Shown here one piece after another: positions 37,501-48,774 of a stretch of DNA of 64,000 bases. The position numbers and the translations under genes were made by a program. Under the pieces are notes generated by a model, which was given only the letters and a program-made list of their open reading frames with translations, searched no databases and was not told where the DNA came from. Source of the stretch: Takakia lepidozioides (lineage: Eukaryota; Plantae; Bryophyta); contig CM060734.1 of the NCBI GenBank assembly GCA_030704615.1, forward strand, positions 22,754,001 through 22,818,000. Reading direction: 5' to 3'. Positions within the stretch are counted from its first letter, which is position 1, and each line of letters begins with the position of its first letter.

Positions 37501-38728
37501 CAATAGGTTCTGCAGGGGGCATGTTATAAGAAAGAGGATCTGGAATAGCTACTGTAGATATAGGACTTACAGCACATCAACCACAGTGGCGAAAGGAAGG
37601 CACGCTGGATGGGATGGTACAGAGCATCGTGTTTGACAGGGGTGTCATAAAGATAGTTTTCAGGAAATTGTTGGCAAAAAGTACAGTGCATGGTAGGGTT
37701 TCCACAAAAGTAGCTGCATGCAAGACCTTATCTGCAAAGAGCATAATATATGAAGGGAGCGTCACGGAAATAGTTTTTAAGAACTTCGTTGCAGAGAGCA
37801 CGGTGTTTGACACAGTTTGTGAGAGATTGTCTGTAGTTAGCATAGCATGTGGTGGAGATTTCATGTGAGTAGTAGTCATAACATTAACTTCGACAACATG
37901 CATGATGGAGGTTCCACATTAACAAAGGTTTTCAATGAAGTATTTGTAATGGGCACATTGACTAATATGGATTTCATCGGAGAAGTTCCCAAGAAATGAT
38001 CAGTAGAGGCAAGAGAGAATGACATATGCTGGTTGAGTAGGGAGTTAGCAAGTTCAGCAATTTTATCAGAGAATTCAGCTTGAGGTGGAAGCTTGGTATG
38101 CCGGCTAAGAAGGCAATGTGATTTGAAGAGCATAGGTGCGGGGGAGTGAAGATTAAGGTACTTATCTTGTACATTGCAGGCCTGGACTGAGGTCATTGTG
38201 TTGAGAGCAGAGAGGCGAACCAACCGAGGTGCGAAGACACCACTGAGAGCATCGGTGAGAGAGATGCTAGAAGGCTGATGTTGTTACATGCCTTTGCTGG
38301 TCGAGAGGAGATTGAACCACCAGCAAGCTCCTGCCGGTACATCTGCATTCCCTTGGTGTTACTCCAGCAGCGACAAGGGCCCTTCATGCACATTTTCCAG
38401 TCCTTGGGAGTAAACATAACTGTTGCAAAGTACACGATTTGTGTAACTCTCTGTGTAGAATAGAGCTTTGGAACTGAGTAGCAAAAGTTTAGGGGAGTGT
38501 GTGTGGCATTGTAGAAAGGAGGTGGAAGGATACAGTAACCTGGCAGGGCAGCGAGTGATGGTTCCTCCTGGCAGGACCAACGCGCAATGCTGAACATCGA
38601 CCCGTGCCGTAGCACCCGATTCCTTCAGAGTGGGGAAACTGGGAGGTGAAGCCCACCTTGACGAGTTTGGTTCAAGGAAAGGAGTGTAGAGCATAGTGGA
38701 CTTCGAAACCCCAGGTTTCAAATACTGC

Positions 38729-39811
38729 CTAGCAGTAGGTTGTAGCGCAGCTGCGTAACTCTGAGGTCCTCACTGTCCATGAAGGGCTCTGGGGGCAAAA
38801 CTCATTGCAAATTCTGCCATTGATAGTTCCTACAGTGTACCCATATCCCGGAGCTGCAATGCGTGTGACATGCAACATTTGGGCGCCAGTACGTAGCAGT
38901 AGCCGGCCGGGTGAGGTTGCCACGTTCCACGATTTTCCCATATGTCTCCAAGAAATGAGCTCAGCTCTCTGCCGCTTGTAAGTGTACGGGTAATTCACAG
39001 GAGACGCCGATTTGAAGCAGAAAGGTTCGTCCATGTTCCGCCAGTTGGTGATGACGAGCTTCACAAGTAGTCTTGCAGCAAAGTTCACGAGTAGATGTTC
39101 CCCAGATAACCCAACTGGTGCTTTCTGCAAGGGGGCACCTGCTTTGAAATGTTCTGGCATAGGGTTTGCTCCACCAAGTGTTGCAGGGGAAACGACAACA
39201 ACATTTGTGTTGGACATTGCAGCTGATCCATCAGTCGGGGTGGCATATCTAAGGTCTTGAATGAGAATGCGGCCGAGAGGAGAATTCGCTCCATGGGATC
39301 CAGCGGTGTGCACACAATCTATAAATGACTCCATCTGCGATGACATGTTGATAGAGTTGAGATAGAGGTCGTCAACGGGAGCAGCAAAGCTGTTGATTTG
39401 GCCCTGGAGGTTGTTGTAGAGCTTGTATGTGGGACATGGCTTCTTGCAAGGCAGCCAATCCCAACAGGTATCGCAATGAAGAGCCTCTGTCCGAGCCTGC
39501 CCGCACACAACCTGAGACTCTACAGATCGTTCAAAACTCCAAAATTGCCTTGGTGGCTTCTTCAGCTCAAGAAGCAGACCAAGGTTGTGGGGATCCTTTC
39601 CCACCTCCCTAATCTCAGACAAGTTGTGGAGTAGAGAGCTCAGACGTTCCGCTTGGGAAGTGACATGTCGTATAGAGATTGCCCCGATGTATTTAGTAAC
39701 ATAATCACCACGGGGCACGAGCAGTAAAACCATATGATAGGGATCGTATGCTGCATGTGAAAGTAGGAGACCGTCGTTCGCATAAATCTTTAGGGAAAAT
39801 CGTGAGTGCAC
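38729..39811 (-). CDS. Unknown 360-aa protein (possibly extends past a premature stop)
   Basis: Long ORF of normal globular composition with a Cys cluster HCDTCWDWLPCKKPC; no family recognised. Confidence 0.45.
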   Translation of the reverse strand: MHSRFSLKIYANDGLLLSHAAYDPYHMVLLLVPRGDYVTKYIGAISIRHVTSQAERLSSLLHNLSEIREVGKDPHNLGLLLELKKPPRQFWSFERSVESQVVCGQARTEALHCDTCWDWLPCKKPCPTYKLYNNLQGQINSFAAPVDDLYLNSINMSSQMESFIDCVHTAGSHGANSPLGRILIQDLRYATPTDGSAAMSNTNVVVVSPATLGGANPMPEHFKAGAPLQKAPVGLSGEHLLVNFAARLLVKLVITNWRNMDEPFCFKSASPVNYPYTYKRQRAELISWRHMGKSWNVATSPGRLLLRTGAQMLHVTRIAAPGYGYTVGTINGRICNEFCPQSPSWTVRTSELRSCATTYC

Positions 39812-42109
39812 TGAGAGGGGTCTGATCTGTGAGTGTTGTTGGGGACATACTCAACCTGGTAATGAAAATCATCACATAAATCGCCAAAAGGAACGCATAT
39901 CGCTGCGGTGTACTGAGGAAGGAGGCATGGCTTGCGTACGCAGTGTAAGCTGTATGATTGCTGAGCGGGAGCAGACGTGTACTGGAAAACATGACGATGA
40001 TGAGAAGGAAGACGTGACCTGTGCTGTCGCATGAATGCTTGGGACTCACGTTGATGTGCAGCTAGAGTAGCAGGCTGTGAGCTCGACCATTTGAGCATAT
40101 GAGGTTTACCATAGCAGCGAGCCGTGTGCGAAATGGGAACGCTGCTTTCGGTTCTAAGATCACAAAACTTCAAGGAATCCATCAAAATAAAGCTGAGAAG
40201 AAGCGCAAGAGAGAGGCGGTAAAGGGGGTGGAGGTGACTATGGACAGAGTGATAGAGCCGCTGCGCAGCAGCAGGACAAGCAGAAGCTTTGGCCATGGCG
40301 GCGATCGTAGCTAAGTCACTAGCGAGGATAAAATAGCGGGAGTTCCAGAAACAATATAGAGATGCAAGAACCTAGCAGGGGAGATAGCAGAACCCTAGCG
40401 AGTTAGTCATGACTAAGGAAAATAGCGGGGAACTCAGCGGGAGGCGGACCTCCGCCCCCCGCTCTAACCGGCTAGCCCGCTCCTTGAACAATCTATATAA
40501 TATGAATGGACAAATGCAATTTAGAGATCTTCGACCTCTGTAGCAAATTGAAGCAGATTTGAAGAAGAATAGAGCTCTTCCTCTTGAAACACTAATGTCA
40601 ACCATGTGAGCTATATGCAATCATGAAAGGACAAAGGCAATTTAGAGCTCTTCTTCTTTGAAACAAATTGAAGCACATTGAAGCAATTTAGAGATCTTCC
40701 TCTCTAACAAATTGAAGTAGATTGAAGTATATTAGAGCTCTTCATCTTAAACACTAATGTCAACCATGTGAACAATCTGTATGCAATCATGAATGGACAA
40801 GCAGGTATGGAAATACACAGAGAGGAGATGTCAAGTGAAGAGGAGTGTGACCATGATTTTCAAGAGGATGTACCAGCCCCTTCAACAAGAAGAGCAGTCT
40901 TTCCTAGAACAATTCAGACTCTAGGACCAAGGTTTGCATACCCGCCCGCTTTTGGACAGGGTGGGCATCGAGGTTCATCCCAAACTGGCAGCTCTTCCCG
41001 ACCTACTCAAGCTCGTGTTGCACGAATGTTGACTAGGACATTCTATGGCCTACCAAGAGATGTCACATGGACTACTTCCAACAATTATACGGCTCCACTA
41101 GTAGCCTCTTGGCCTTCAGACATACCCTACATTGTTGTCAACCTACCTACATCTTCACGTTGGGGTGGACATATTCATCCCACCCCTTTTTCTCACACGT
41201 AAGTGGAATTTGCAATAGCTGAAGCTTTCTCCAGACTAGAACAACATTCGCACAGTAGAGGTGTGGAGTGGTTAGGGGGTTGTTTTATAGAAGAACAAGG
41301 AAATTACAAGGTACTGGTTCTGCAAGGGGATTCCGCCTCCTTCCATTTGCTGCTATACCTGGTAGCTCATTTGGGAGCATTACAGCCAATAGCTTTATTG
41401 TCTATTGTCCTACTGCATCTATGCTGCCACGAGCAGCTGTTACAACTTACATAAGAGTTTTGAGTGGAGGTTTTGTTGATGAGGAAAGTACACCTCAACT
41501 TCCGGACAGAGGAACTTCATCATCATTACCAGGGCAAGCATCCTCCTCGAGACGACAACCGTCAATTCCACAAGAAGCTTTACATCCTCCAAGTAACCCC
41601 TAATTGTAAGCATGGACAGCTATTATTGATAAGGTCATTGCAATTGAAAACTACTGCTGTGTTACTACTTTCTCTCTATTAATGTTTCCCGCTAAACCTG
41701 TATCAGTTTGATCTGATCCAACAGCCACCTCTTCACTTCCATCCTTCGAATTGTATACAACCCCTACCTTCTCTGCAATACCGGGCGCATACCCTCCTCA
41801 ATACTGTGCTGATATATGTAGCCACTGACAGTTACGGTTGAAAGAGCGGCTTGTTGTGCACTTCTGACTGTTGTGCTCCTTTGTGACTTGCTGCTTGTCC
41901 TGAACTTGTGCCTTGGCATGCACGGTGAAAGCTAGGCCTCCCTTGTGTTGCTTTTTGCATGATATACGTGAGACAGATTACCTAGCATGTAGAGCTCAGT
42001 GACAAAATGTAGAGCTTAGTGATCCAGGAGACAGCCATAGCTTAGGTTGAATGATTGGGCATCCAGATACAGTAGTTGAACAAACCTTTGTGACATACAA
42101 GAGCTTACC

Positions 42110-42335
42110 TGGAAAATCTCATAGACCATACATGCCCCCTCTCCCACGTATTACTGAACAAGCTTGCCACCAACCCACACAAATGAAGCAAGCCTCGGTC
42201 TGATTGGCAACTGTATGTGCTAATAGGGTCTTCCCCGTGCCAGGGGGTCCATACGAAAGCACTCCATTGGGGGGATCAACCCCTAGCTTCACAAACTTCT
42301 CTGGGTGTAGCATAGGCACTCTACCACCAGCATCA
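42110..42335 (-). pseudogene. RPT1: Fragment of 26S proteasome AAA-ATPase subunit RPT1
   Basis: [45 protein letters not shown] (Walker A), frameshifted, ending at a CAG|gtaag donor. Confidence 0.88.
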
Positions 42336-43203
42336 CAGCTATCCAATTAGTCCACTGCTCAGCAAACAAAACCACTTCAAATCCAAAACCTTCTCCCTCC
42401 AAAGTCTTCTACTTTTAACTAGGTGATAGCTGCAAGGAGCCCTGCTGACAAAACCTGAGAGGGTTGAGCCAGCTGATGGCGACTTGCAATAATTATCTGA
42501 GTTCATGGATGAGAGGAGACCCTCTCGAATAAAAATTGAGTTCATGGATGACAAAATGCTGAATTTTAGACTAATAGGTAGTTGCAGTAACAGTAACTGG
42601 AGGCTTTCGAAAGCTGGATTTGTCCACGAGCAGAAACGTTTGGCAAAACTTCTCCAGATTGGCTTTAAGTCCTCTTATCAGGTTAACTACATCTAGAACA
42701 AGTTTCAACTTTCAGTTCTGGAACACCTGCTTCAAAGTTGATGCTTTCAGTTATCACAATGGCATGGTCCTCTAGAGAATCACTTCAATTTTAGTAGGAT
42801 TAAGGTTCCAGCCCAGGTGTTCTGTTCCTTATATTGTTGTTTGTTCCATTAGCTCTCTCAATGTTCTGTGGACGTTCTATCTCTCTTATAAAGCTCTTTT
42901 CCAGAACCATGTTCAGATGAACTGTCCATGAAACCTTGACTAAGATTTATTGGCAAGCTTTACCACTTTTGTAGGTGCAAATTCCTTGCTGCTGAGAGAT
43001 GTTTACACGTGTCCAGATGATCCAGTGGCACCTATTCCTCCTACCCAACGGCTCCAAGATTAGGTTTGCAACAAACTCAATTGTAGTCAAAAAAAAATAT
43101 TTGTGATTGTCTATTTGTATAAGCACTGCCTGTGTGATAACTGGATTAAGATTGGCTAGCTGTTTTTTGTTCGTATGCAGGAGCCTCAACATCCACTACT
43201 ACA

Positions 43204-43968
43204 GTGCAAGATCTGACTTTGGAGGACCAGCAACTCAAACTACTTTCTGACGACTGGCTTGAATTTCACAGTGCCTACTTTACTGCTTTGGAGCAAAGAA
43301 GTATGACTTCAGGAATGGACATTGTCAATTGTAGTGAAAGAAGATTTTCAAGATCTTTTTGGTTGGCATTTCAGACATTTGAGACAGAGGTCATCAGACT
43401 AGAACGTGACAATCAGATGCAACAAATCTCCAAGGACCTTGCCCTAAGGAGGGTGAAGCGGCGCGGTCTCACCTCATCTGATGTTGATTTAGCCAAAATT
43501 TTGATGCACCCTGCGATAGCCATGTACAGTGCTACCGATGTCAGGAGGGAGTTCGAGCTACATGCTACAAAATTCCGGAGGGAATGGGATATGTTTGAAG
43601 CTTGTACATAAATAAACTCTCACCAAGCACACATCTCTAAGGCACAAACCCTAATGGAGAATTTCAGTGGAGGCCAAACTGACACATATGTTGATTCAGA
43701 TGAAATCAAAGCTATCTTGAAGATTACAGGGTTTGAGCAATTTACGGAGGCTCACTTGCAGCTCATGTGTTGCAAGCAATCTATTCCACAAGCTTTCCTA
43801 ATCAAAGCACGGGAGGATTTTGACGATGCACTACTGAGATATCAACAGTACTATCTATCTACCAAAGTATTCAAGAGCTACAATGAACTTGTACTCACAG
43901 TTCCCATCGTTCCGGAAACAAGGATTCAGGTCCATGAAGGGAAGGACTTGCATGCATTTACACAGTAA
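43204..43968 (+). pseudogene. Unknown helical protein remnant (two in-frame ORFs split by a stop)
   Basis: ORFs 43204-43611 and 43654-43968 share a frame; no family recognised. Confidence 0.35.
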
Positions 43969-46759
43969 TGGTTCACTATCCAGATGGGGGGCTGCTATTT
44001 CATGAGCGTGAGCATGAGCGTCACGCTCGAAGTGTAAGACACTTAGTTTTATTCGCGGATATAGGGTGCCTTTTCCACGGAATTAGGGTACAAAAATGAT
44101 GTACCTTTCCAAATATTTTTATCTTATTGTACCTTATTGTACCTTTGTACTTTTGTAATGTATTTTACCTTATTGTATTTTAGGACGAAAACATGAAATG
44201 GGCGATTTCAACTGATGATTTCAGATTCAGTGATTTAACTCATTCAACTGATTTCAAATGATTTCATCTATTGCAGCAGCAGAATGCAAAACAATAGAAG
44301 CAGTAGCAATTGCTCTCCACCTTCATGAGTGTTGAATTGATGATGGACAGTACAGTTATTAATGAACACTTGGGTGTGGCTCTTTTAAAGAAAATCTTGG
44401 TGTCTTGTGGGAATTACAAGCAATCCAGAAATGGACATGGGGGCTGTGTTTGTGAGATTGTCCGAAAAGCTTGTAGAGCTATATGAGAGAATCCTATATC
44501 GTATGAGCATGCATGTAGAGCCCGTCACAGAAAAACCGAAACTGGAAGAAGGTGAATGAGATTTCCATAGCAGTTCAAAATTGAAATTGCAATTGAAAAT
44601 TTCAAGTCCGAACAATTGATAAGGCAGACCCTCAACCGTGGAGTACGCTGCACCCACATGTGTAGTGTGAACCAACACCTGCACTTCCCGAAGATGAGGG
44701 TGAAGACCCGATAGGGGAATCCACATCGCTGGTGGCATTTGCATCAGGCTCACCACCACCATTGCCAGAGCTACGCTCAAAATGTCCGTCCTCTCCTTCA
44801 GGAACCCTCCACTGGACCTCGGATGAATCATCCTCACCATCACTCTCCAATGCTGATTCTAACACATAAGGTCTAAGCCTTTTGGCCCTTCTAGACATCT
44901 TTGCCTCTTTTTTTCTATCCTTATATGCAGCCCGAACACGCTGCACTTTACTTGGCTTAGGGTGTCGTCTGATAGAGGTCCGTGCAAGCTTATCTGCGTA
45001 AGATGGCAAGTCAAATGACTTAACTTGGCTAGGGAAGAAATCCGATTGAGCATAGAATGGCTTATTGACACCCCTGCGACAACGTGAAGGGGGTTCCCGA
45101 TAAATAGAATCATCAGTCCTGCAGAAAACAAGAAAGTGTTATTACTATAGTGAATGGAAAGTGCTGGAATCAGCAAAATGACAAAATGATTGCCAAGCAA
45201 TACAGAGGGACTTCCTATGTGGAACTCATTGGAAATCCCCAAATGTTGGAGGCTTCTGTTTGGAAACAACTTGTTGCTGCTTCTTCGGTTTCACAAAGAC
45301 CTCCTCCGACTCGGAGGAGGAGTAGATATGACTTCAGGTTTGTTCTTGGAAGGCATGCGTTGGAGGCCATCCAGAAGAGACTTCTAGACCAGTGTATCCT
45401 CCTCGAAAGCAAAAACATGTATGTGGTTCTGGTTCGTTTCTTCGCACCTTTACATCTTCTTGGCCATGGTCTCTTCGATCGCTGCAGCAACTTTGCTCGA
45501 CTTAGCCAGGGCTTTCTCTGGTGACCGAGAAGCCCCCCAGCAGGATTCGCCTGTCTAATGCTTCATACTTTAGTTGCATCTCCTATGCATGCAGTTGCAT
45601 GTAGGCAGGTCTATGTACCAGGGGCAATGAACGAGGTGTTCCGGATGCCAGTCCTTCAAAATGTCCTCGGAGTACATGGACGAATCTCCCCTTGGCGTCC
45701 ACCATGCCAAGAAAAACGGTGGCTCTCTTGGTATGGCTCCATTAGGAAGCAGCTCAAACCGAATGTATCTGAACATGCAACAGGAGGCTCATCAGCAACC
45801 CACTAGAATAATTCCCCTGCTTGTGCCTATAACTGCACCGTTATAGTTCTTGCTAACATCAAACAGCATCCTTCCCAAGGCTACTCGCAGGCATAAGACA
45901 CAGTGGAAGCTGCAAAGTTGAGTACGGACCAACGAATGAGCCTCCCAAACGCAGCAATTACGGCACCGTTATTGCCCGAATGCAGCAACTGCATGTGTAT
46001 GGAGTGAACCCCCACCCAGGAGCGCCTTCACTCATGGGAGGGTTGAGGACGCCTGAAATCTTCCTTTCAACAAGACCGCAACCCATAGAAGAATAGCAAT
46101 TCCCAGCGGCCCGACCACCTCATCAAGGTATAACTATGCCTTTATATAGCTGCAAGAAGACATGAACATCTACCCATGAGACACAAGGACCATCTGTCGA
46201 GCGGCTTTTACTCACTCATCCCTTCGCTATCCGAGGTGGGAACTCCAAGACAGAAGAGTTGGATAACTCCAAGCACTCAGCCCGAACAGAACAATTAGTC
46301 ATGACCTACATCTAGTGTATCATGGGAGTGCTTCCTGTTTGTATTCCTTCTTGCCTTCATGTCAGTAGATTACCTTATTGTTTATATTTAAGCATCAAAT
46401 TGCTTCAGCAATCTATTGGGTTCCAATCAATCATCCATTCATTCCACAGCTTCACTCCGGTCTCTCTACACAGTGTGGGTTTGGAATATGTATCAGATTA
46501 AGATCTATTGAATATCAGGCCGAAGCCATGGTGTCTCTAATCTACTCTACGGTACATCCCTACAGCTTGCATGTATCAAGCATCAACAGATCGTCTCTCC
46601 TCCTTCACTGTGCTCTCCATTCCTCAGCTCCAGTTCGTTCTCTCCCTCCCTGAAGGTCAAGCCGTGTTGCCCGAAGTGTGTGTGTCCCAAGAAGTGTCCT
46701 CCATGTTGCTGCTCTACCTAATTTATCTACAAGTTGTTCTAACTGCCTAACTAACTAAC

Positions 46760-47135
46760 TGTCACCCAAGAAATAAGCATGTTCCCTCTGCAGATGTCGT
46801 TCCCACACAGTCGTTCCCTGTCAATGATAACCGTTCCTTATGTACGCTGTGTCGGGCTGTGACTGGCTGTGTCGGACTGTGATAAACTGTGTAAGGCTAC
46901 GTAAGGCTGTGACAAACTGTGTCAGGCTGCGTAAGGCTGTGGCAAGCTGTGTCAGGCTGTGTCTAACTACATAAGACTGTGACTGACTGTATAAGCCTGT
47001 CTACCACCCCTAAGGCCTATGCTGGTCCAAATCTATCATCCATAACTCTGCGCAAAAATTAAGGGTACCCTACAAAACCCATAAAAGTGTCTAAATCCCA
47101 GACAGCCCTCTAACATTACCCCTCCCCCTCTCAAA
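46760..47135 (-). mobile_element. 3' LTR start and PPT of a second Ty3-type element (left boundary uncertain)
   Basis: Sense GAGAGGGGGAGGGGTAA-TGTTAGAG at 47132-47108. Candidate ends are 46760 or 44033. Confidence 0.6.
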
Positions 47136-47146
47136 AAGCCGTGTCC

Positions 47147-48149
47147 TCACGGTTTACTGTTTAGGATCAGCAAACCTTTGTGAGCGAGCACCCTTCTGTC
47201 GGTGAGAGTCCTTTGGAGGGCTCTGTGTGCGAGCCCGAGCCCTGTCACTGGTTGATGGAGGCGATTGAGCACCAAATGGAAATGTTTGACCCTCCTGTGG
47301 TTGATAACGAGGTAAGCTCTCAGGCATAAGAGATCCCGTCGTTTCTTCTCTGCCATCTGTAGTGCATAGTCCTCCACCATGTCAAAAGGTTCCTCCGTAG
47401 AACCAGTAGTATCATAATCATCTTCCCCCCTGAGGTGTTTCGGTAGTTGAACCTTAAGTGGCTTCTCAGGAATTCTGCGTGGCATACAGTGTTGGCCCAC
47501 CATGTCTGGAAGCTTAAACTGTACCACTTGCATCAATCGCTTGCAAACAAAATGAGTATACTCCCTGAATTCCTTGGCCGTATAGGTTAGAGGTGTGCCA
47601 ATGACTTTGGAACAGTGTAAGTATTTCCAGGCCTCATGTCCCTTATAAAAAATATTGTCAGGGCCCAATTTTTCCTTGGTCAAGTTGGTCCAAGCCAAAT
47701 CAAACCATGAACGAAGTTGGGAATCCTTCTGCAACATGACTTTCGTATCATACAGATACATATGAGGTGGAACTGAAGGTAAGACCCAATGATCCCCAGT
47801 GGAATAACTCAGAAATCTGGACTGCATCTTCTGCTGCTCAATGTGATAACGTGCAATGAAACAAGCTGCATAGTATAATCCACATCCCATGACAATACTA
47901 GATACCTCCTTGGTCTTGGTGTAGATGTACCCATGAACAACCTAGAAGGCAATTAATTCCTTCAGCATGGTGCCTGCCTCAGACCAGTACCTTGCAAAAT
48001 GATGATCCTCAATGGGTCGATTGTTCGGAAGAACCTTAGTCCTAGTTGCCACTGGCAACCAAATGCGCATGATCTGGTAATAATGTGCCAGAGACTGTGG
48101 AGGACTAAATTCCTTCCAAGCCAAATCCATCACAATGGCAACGACGCTA
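47147..48149 (-). pseudogene. Unknown ORF immediately upstream of the PPT, cut by the MULE terminus
   Basis: ORFs 47942-48149 and 47147-47890 are in frame across one stop. Confidence 0.5.
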
Positions 48150-48575
48150 CCATGTGAGCCTGGCGCGTGAGCGTGTGAGCGTACGCTCACACAACGATGA
48201 CGTGGCGTGAGCCTACGCTCACGCAACTAACGTGGCGCTGATGCTGACGTGGCGTGAGCTTGGTCCCGGTCATGCCACGTCACCACAAAGAAGGTGGGCC
48301 TATAACCATGGGGCCCCCAACTGCTGATATCACCACATGAAGGTGAAACGGATGAAGGGTTTCGGGCTTTCCTGGAGTTCAACCTTCTGTTAACATGAGC
48401 TTCATTTCCTAGAACTGAAATGAACTTTGTGTTAACACGAGGTTGTTTTCCTGGAACTAAAATCAACATCGTGTCACCACGAGGTTGATTCGGAGAACTT
48501 CATATGAACGTCGTGTCAACACGAGGTTGATTTGTAGATTTTCAAATAAACCTCGTGTTAACACGAGGTTGATTT
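48150..48575. mobile_element. MULE terminal region with GTGAGCGTACGCTCAC and AACCTCGTGTTAACACGAGGTT palindromes
   Basis: Homologous to 10049-10175 and, inverted, to 11630-11803. Perfect 22-bp palindrome at 48549-48570. Confidence 0.75.
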
Positions 48576-48774
48576 GATCATCTGTCTATCTGAAGGTAGT
48601 TTCTTGTGCTTGCTAATGAAAACAGAATGACAGACCAATGCGACAAATGCATTCACCCACGCATAGCAAAGATGTTAGACAACATACATTGAGAGACACT
48701 GGACTTGAACAGTCATTCCACTACAAGTTGTAGTCAAGGAAAACACAGATTTCGGAGTGTCAAGTGAATGCTTT

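Noticed and set aside
40415-40482. HDV-like ribozyme at the GC-rich 5' end of the unclassified element
   Set aside because: Hairpins are possible, but I could not assemble the P1.1/P4/catalytic-C pseudoknot by eye; needs a covariance-model search.
44385-45850. Possible gene from short minus-strand ORFs
   Set aside because: No recognisable domain or consistent exon chain; left unannotated.
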